Shown: positions 5,716-5,856 of the stretch, piece by piece | How positions within the stretch are numbered: position 1 is the stretch's first letter | Layout of the letters: each line of letters starts with the position of its first letter | NCBI RefSeq assembly: GCF_006345805.1 | Contig: NW_021829533.1 | Location: 1 to 5,856 of the forward strand | Origin: Octopus sinensis | Taxonomy: Eukaryota | Direction of reading: 5' to 3' | Length of the DNA stretch: 5,856 bases | Notes under the pieces: model-generated | Seen by the model: only the letters and a program-made list of their open reading frames with translations | Databases searched by the model: none | What the model was told of the DNA's origin: nothing | Made by a program: the position numbers and the translations under genes

Positions 5716-5789
5716 ATTTTTCATGTGTTTGTTTTAGTTTTGTTTTTGTGATTTTGTGCTTTTGTTTTTTGTTTTTTTGTTTGTCTTTC
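5716..5789. repeat. T-rich (GTTTT)n-like low-complexity tract
   Basis: Seen directly. Confidence 0.8.
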
Positions 5790-5831
5790 ATACAAGTCGT
5801 CGACTTCAACGTGTTCGTCTCTTCCGCTTAC

Positions 5832-5856
5832 TCTCTCTATCTCTCTCTCTCTCTCT
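5832..5856. repeat. (CT)n microsatellite running off the window end
   Basis: Seen directly. Confidence 0.9.

Overview
Non-coding, repeat-dense eukaryotic DNA with no credible protein-coding ORF: the tracked ORFs are microsatellite read-outs, antisense translations of SINEs, or short unsupported frames. The repeat families look like octopus/cephalopod elements (recognised from memory, not searched). Contents: (i) three tRNA-derived SINE types, called A, B and C here, including a head-to-head inverted pair and a 184-bp tandem dimer; (ii) an intact 429-bp MITE with perfect 29-bp TIRs, an 8-bp TSD and internal telomere-like hexamers, plus a possible older element of similar design; (iii) CA/TA/CCA/CT microsatellites; (iv) a ~990-bp non-coding minus-strand element set inside a (TA)n run. 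Element (iv) carries a minimal type I hammerhead ribozyme with a variant core (CUGUUGA), an array of ACUAAU motifs and a branch-point/pyrimidine-tract/AG signature, which suggests a non-autonomous Penelope-like or retrozyme-like element. A well-formed 20-nt candidate microexon at 5457-5476 (+) suggests the window may be intronic. The ribozyme-bearing element is the most interesting object.
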